Assembly (NCBI GenBank): GCA_001767195.1
Contig: MEKU01000056.1
Span: 49,289-102,606 of the forward strand
Origin: Acidobacteria bacterium RIFCSPLOWO2_02_FULL_67_21
GTDB taxonomy: Bacteria > Acidobacteriota > Vicinamibacteria > Vicinamibacterales > UBA2999
Reading direction: 5' to 3'
Length of the DNA: 53,318 bases
Part shown: piece after piece, positions 51,916 through 53,318 of the stretch
Numbering within the stretch: position 1 is the stretch's first letter
Layout of the letters: the number at the start of each line of letters is the position of its first letter
Program-made: the position numbers and the translations under genes
Notes under the pieces: generated by a model
Database searches by the model: none
Told to the model about the DNA's origin: nothing
Seen by the model: only the letters and a program-made list of their open reading frames with translations

Positions 51916-53229
51916 GTGACTGCACCACTTCAAATTGCCCCGAGTCACGGCAAGCTTGGCGTGCTGCTCGTCGGGCTCGGCGCGGTCAGCACCACCACCA
52001 TCGCGGGCGTCTTTGCGATCCGCAGGGGGCTGGCGCAGCCGATCGGGTCGCTGACGCAGATGGGGACCATCCGGCTGGGCAAGCGGACGGAGGCACGCGC
52101 GCCGCGGATCAAGGATTTCGTCCCGCTCGCCGATCTCAACGACATCGTGTTCGGAGGCTGGGACATCTTCGAGGAGGACTGCTACGCCGCCGCGCGCACC
52201 GCCGGCGTCCTCGAGCCGGCGCAGCTCGAGCAGGTGCGCGGCGAGCTCGAGGCGATCCGTCCGATGCCCGCCGTCTTCGATCAGCGCTACGTCCGCCGGC
52301 TCGACGGCCCGAACGTCAAGAAGGGCAAGAACAAGCGCGATCTCGCCGAGCAGGTCGTAGCGGACATCCGCGCGTTCAAGGAGCAGCACGGGTGCGACCG
52401 CCTGGTGATGATCTGGTGCGGCAGCACCGAGGTGTACATGAAGGAGTCGGCCGTGCACGCCACGGTCGCGACCTTCGAGAAGGCGCTCGAGCAGAGTGAC
52501 GACGCCATCGCCTCGAGCATGGTGTACGCCTATGCGGCCATTCGCGAGGGGATTCCCTTTGCCAATGCCGCGCCGAACCTCACGGCCGACATCCCGGCGC
52601 TCCTGGAGCTGGCGGCCCGGACCCGCGCCCCGCTGGCGGGCAACGACATGAAGACCGGCCAGACCCTGATCAAGACGATCATCGCGCCGGGCCTGAAGGC
52701 GCGGCTGCTCGGGGTGCGCGGCTGGTACTCGACCAACATTCTCGGCAACCGCGACGGGGAAGTCCTCGACGATCCGGAGTCCTTCAAGACCAAGGAAGAA
52801 AGCAAGAAGTCGGCGCTCGACTACATCTTCCAGCCGCAGCTCTATCCGGAGCTCTACAAGGACCTCTGCCACGTGGTCCGAATCAACTACTACCCCCCAC
52901 GAGGCGACAACAAAGAGGGGTGGGACAACATCGATCTGGTCGGCTGGCTCGGTTACCCGATGCAGCTGAAGATCAACTTCCTCTGCCGCGACAGTATCCT
53001 TGCGGCGCCGATCGTGCTCGACTCGGCGCTGTTCCTGGATCTGGCCAAGCGGGCGGGGATGTCAGGGATACAGGAGTGGCTCTCGTTCTACTTCAAGTCG
53101 CCGATGCACGCGCGTGAGGTCTACCCCGAGCACGACCTGTTCATTCAGCTGATAAAGCTCAAGAACACCCTGCGGTACATGCGCGGCGAGCAGCTGATCA
53201 CGCACCTCGGCCGCGAATACTACGACTGA
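51916..53229 (+). CDS. ino1: Inositol-3-phosphate synthase
   Basis: 437 aa with a GTG start. The N-terminal Rossmann motif is LLVGLGAVSTT. The conserved blocks are NDMKTGQTL, SYNILGNRDG-like (STNILGNRDG) and LCRDSILAAPIVLD. Confidence 0.88.
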   Translation: MTAPLQIAPSHGKLGVLLVGLGAVSTTTIAGVFAIRRGLAQPIGSLTQMGTIRLGKRTEARAPRIKDFVPLADLNDIVFGGWDIFEEDCYAAARTAGVLEPAQLEQVRGELEAIRPMPAVFDQRYVRRLDGPNVKKGKNKRDLAEQVVADIRAFKEQHGCDRLVMIWCGSTEVYMKESAVHATVATFEKALEQSDDAIASSMVYAYAAIREGIPFANAAPNLTADIPALLELAARTRAPLAGNDMKTGQTLIKTIIAPGLKARLLGVRGWYSTNILGNRDGEVLDDPESFKTKEESKKSALDYIFQPQLYPELYKDLCHVVRINYYPPRGDNKEGWDNIDLVGWLGYPMQLKINFLCRDSILAAPIVLDSALFLDLAKRAGMSGIQEWLSFYFKSPMHAREVYPEHDLFIQLIKLKNTLRYMRGEQLITHLGREYYD

Positions 53230-53318
53230 ACCACCACCCGCTCCACGCGGTTGCGTCCCGCGTGCTTGGCCCGGTCCAGCGCTTCTTCGGCGTCGGTCAG
53301 CAGCTGCGTTGCCTGCAT
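53220..53318 (-). CDS. C-terminal end of a GGDEF-domain (diguanylate cyclase-like) protein, 5' part outside window
   Basis: The frame open from the window edge reads …LLTDAEEALDRAKHAGRNRVERVVVQS*. ALxxAKxxGRNRV is the canonical last helix of GGDEF domains. It overlaps the ino1 3' end by 10 nt, in convergent orientation. Confidence 0.55.
   Translation of the reverse strand: MQATQLLTDAEEALDRAKHAGRNRVERVVVQS

Noticed and set aside
1-53318. Search for tRNA, rRNA, tmRNA, transposase, integrase and phage genes
   Set aside because: No cloverleaf-like sequence, rRNA-like conserved block, DDE or tyrosine/serine recombinase motif was seen in any frame. In particular, neither low-GC island contains a recognisable recombinase. 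A tRNAscan/Infernal run would be needed to fully exclude small RNAs.

Overview
This is a high-GC bacterial chromosomal fragment. Hand counts on a few 60-nt stretches give about 70 % GC. The gene content, including two TIGR03436-type VWA paralogues, suggests Acidobacteriota, but that is inference only. I support 43 protein-coding genes, two decayed genes and one low-confidence small ORF. Most are housekeeping or envelope functions: an RND pump with its adaptor, a porin, an orphan NuoG-like subunit, M1/S9/M23 peptidases, kbl, two aminotransferases, malQ, glnS, rmuC, a DUF1015-serA-serC cluster, pcnB, polA, a ZIP transporter and inositol-3-phosphate synthase. I saw no rRNA, tRNA, CRISPR array, transposase or integrase. 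Many long ORFs in the six-frame track are antisense or run-on artefacts of the high GC, so I trimmed or rejected them.

Three things stand out.
1. Intergenic spacers are filled by hairpins whose arms are tandem 7-9-nt units. There are several unit flavours: CACGAAG, CACAGAG, CTCCCAA/ATCCCAA, GGTAGCT, CACGGAG and CAGGGCT. I count 10 intact copies and 2 split copies. A second REP-like palindrome family with TGAA/TTCA loops occurs at 4 loci.
2. The two split hairpins each bracket a low-GC island.
   - Island A (about 26.05-28.80 kb, roughly 52 % GC in its R-M genes) carries a translationally coupled beta-class DNA methyltransferase and a PD-(D/E)xK-like endonuclease, which I read as a type II R-M system. 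It also carries a decayed DUF433/ParE-like toxin-antitoxin pair.
   - Island B (about 40.97-42.74 kb, roughly 47-48 % GC in the stretches counted) sits between 17-nt perfect inverted arms that abut the convergent serC and pcnB stop codons. It carries a small Cys-rich ORF, apparently degraded sequence, and a membrane-anchored protein with the uncharacterised CxxCKKIR...FSHGICPEC four-cysteine module.
3. The resulting hypothesis is that these periodic hairpins act as insertion hotspots for integrase-less foreign DNA. It is testable by comparison with empty sites in related genomes.

All functional calls rest on motifs I recognise in the translations. No database search was run.
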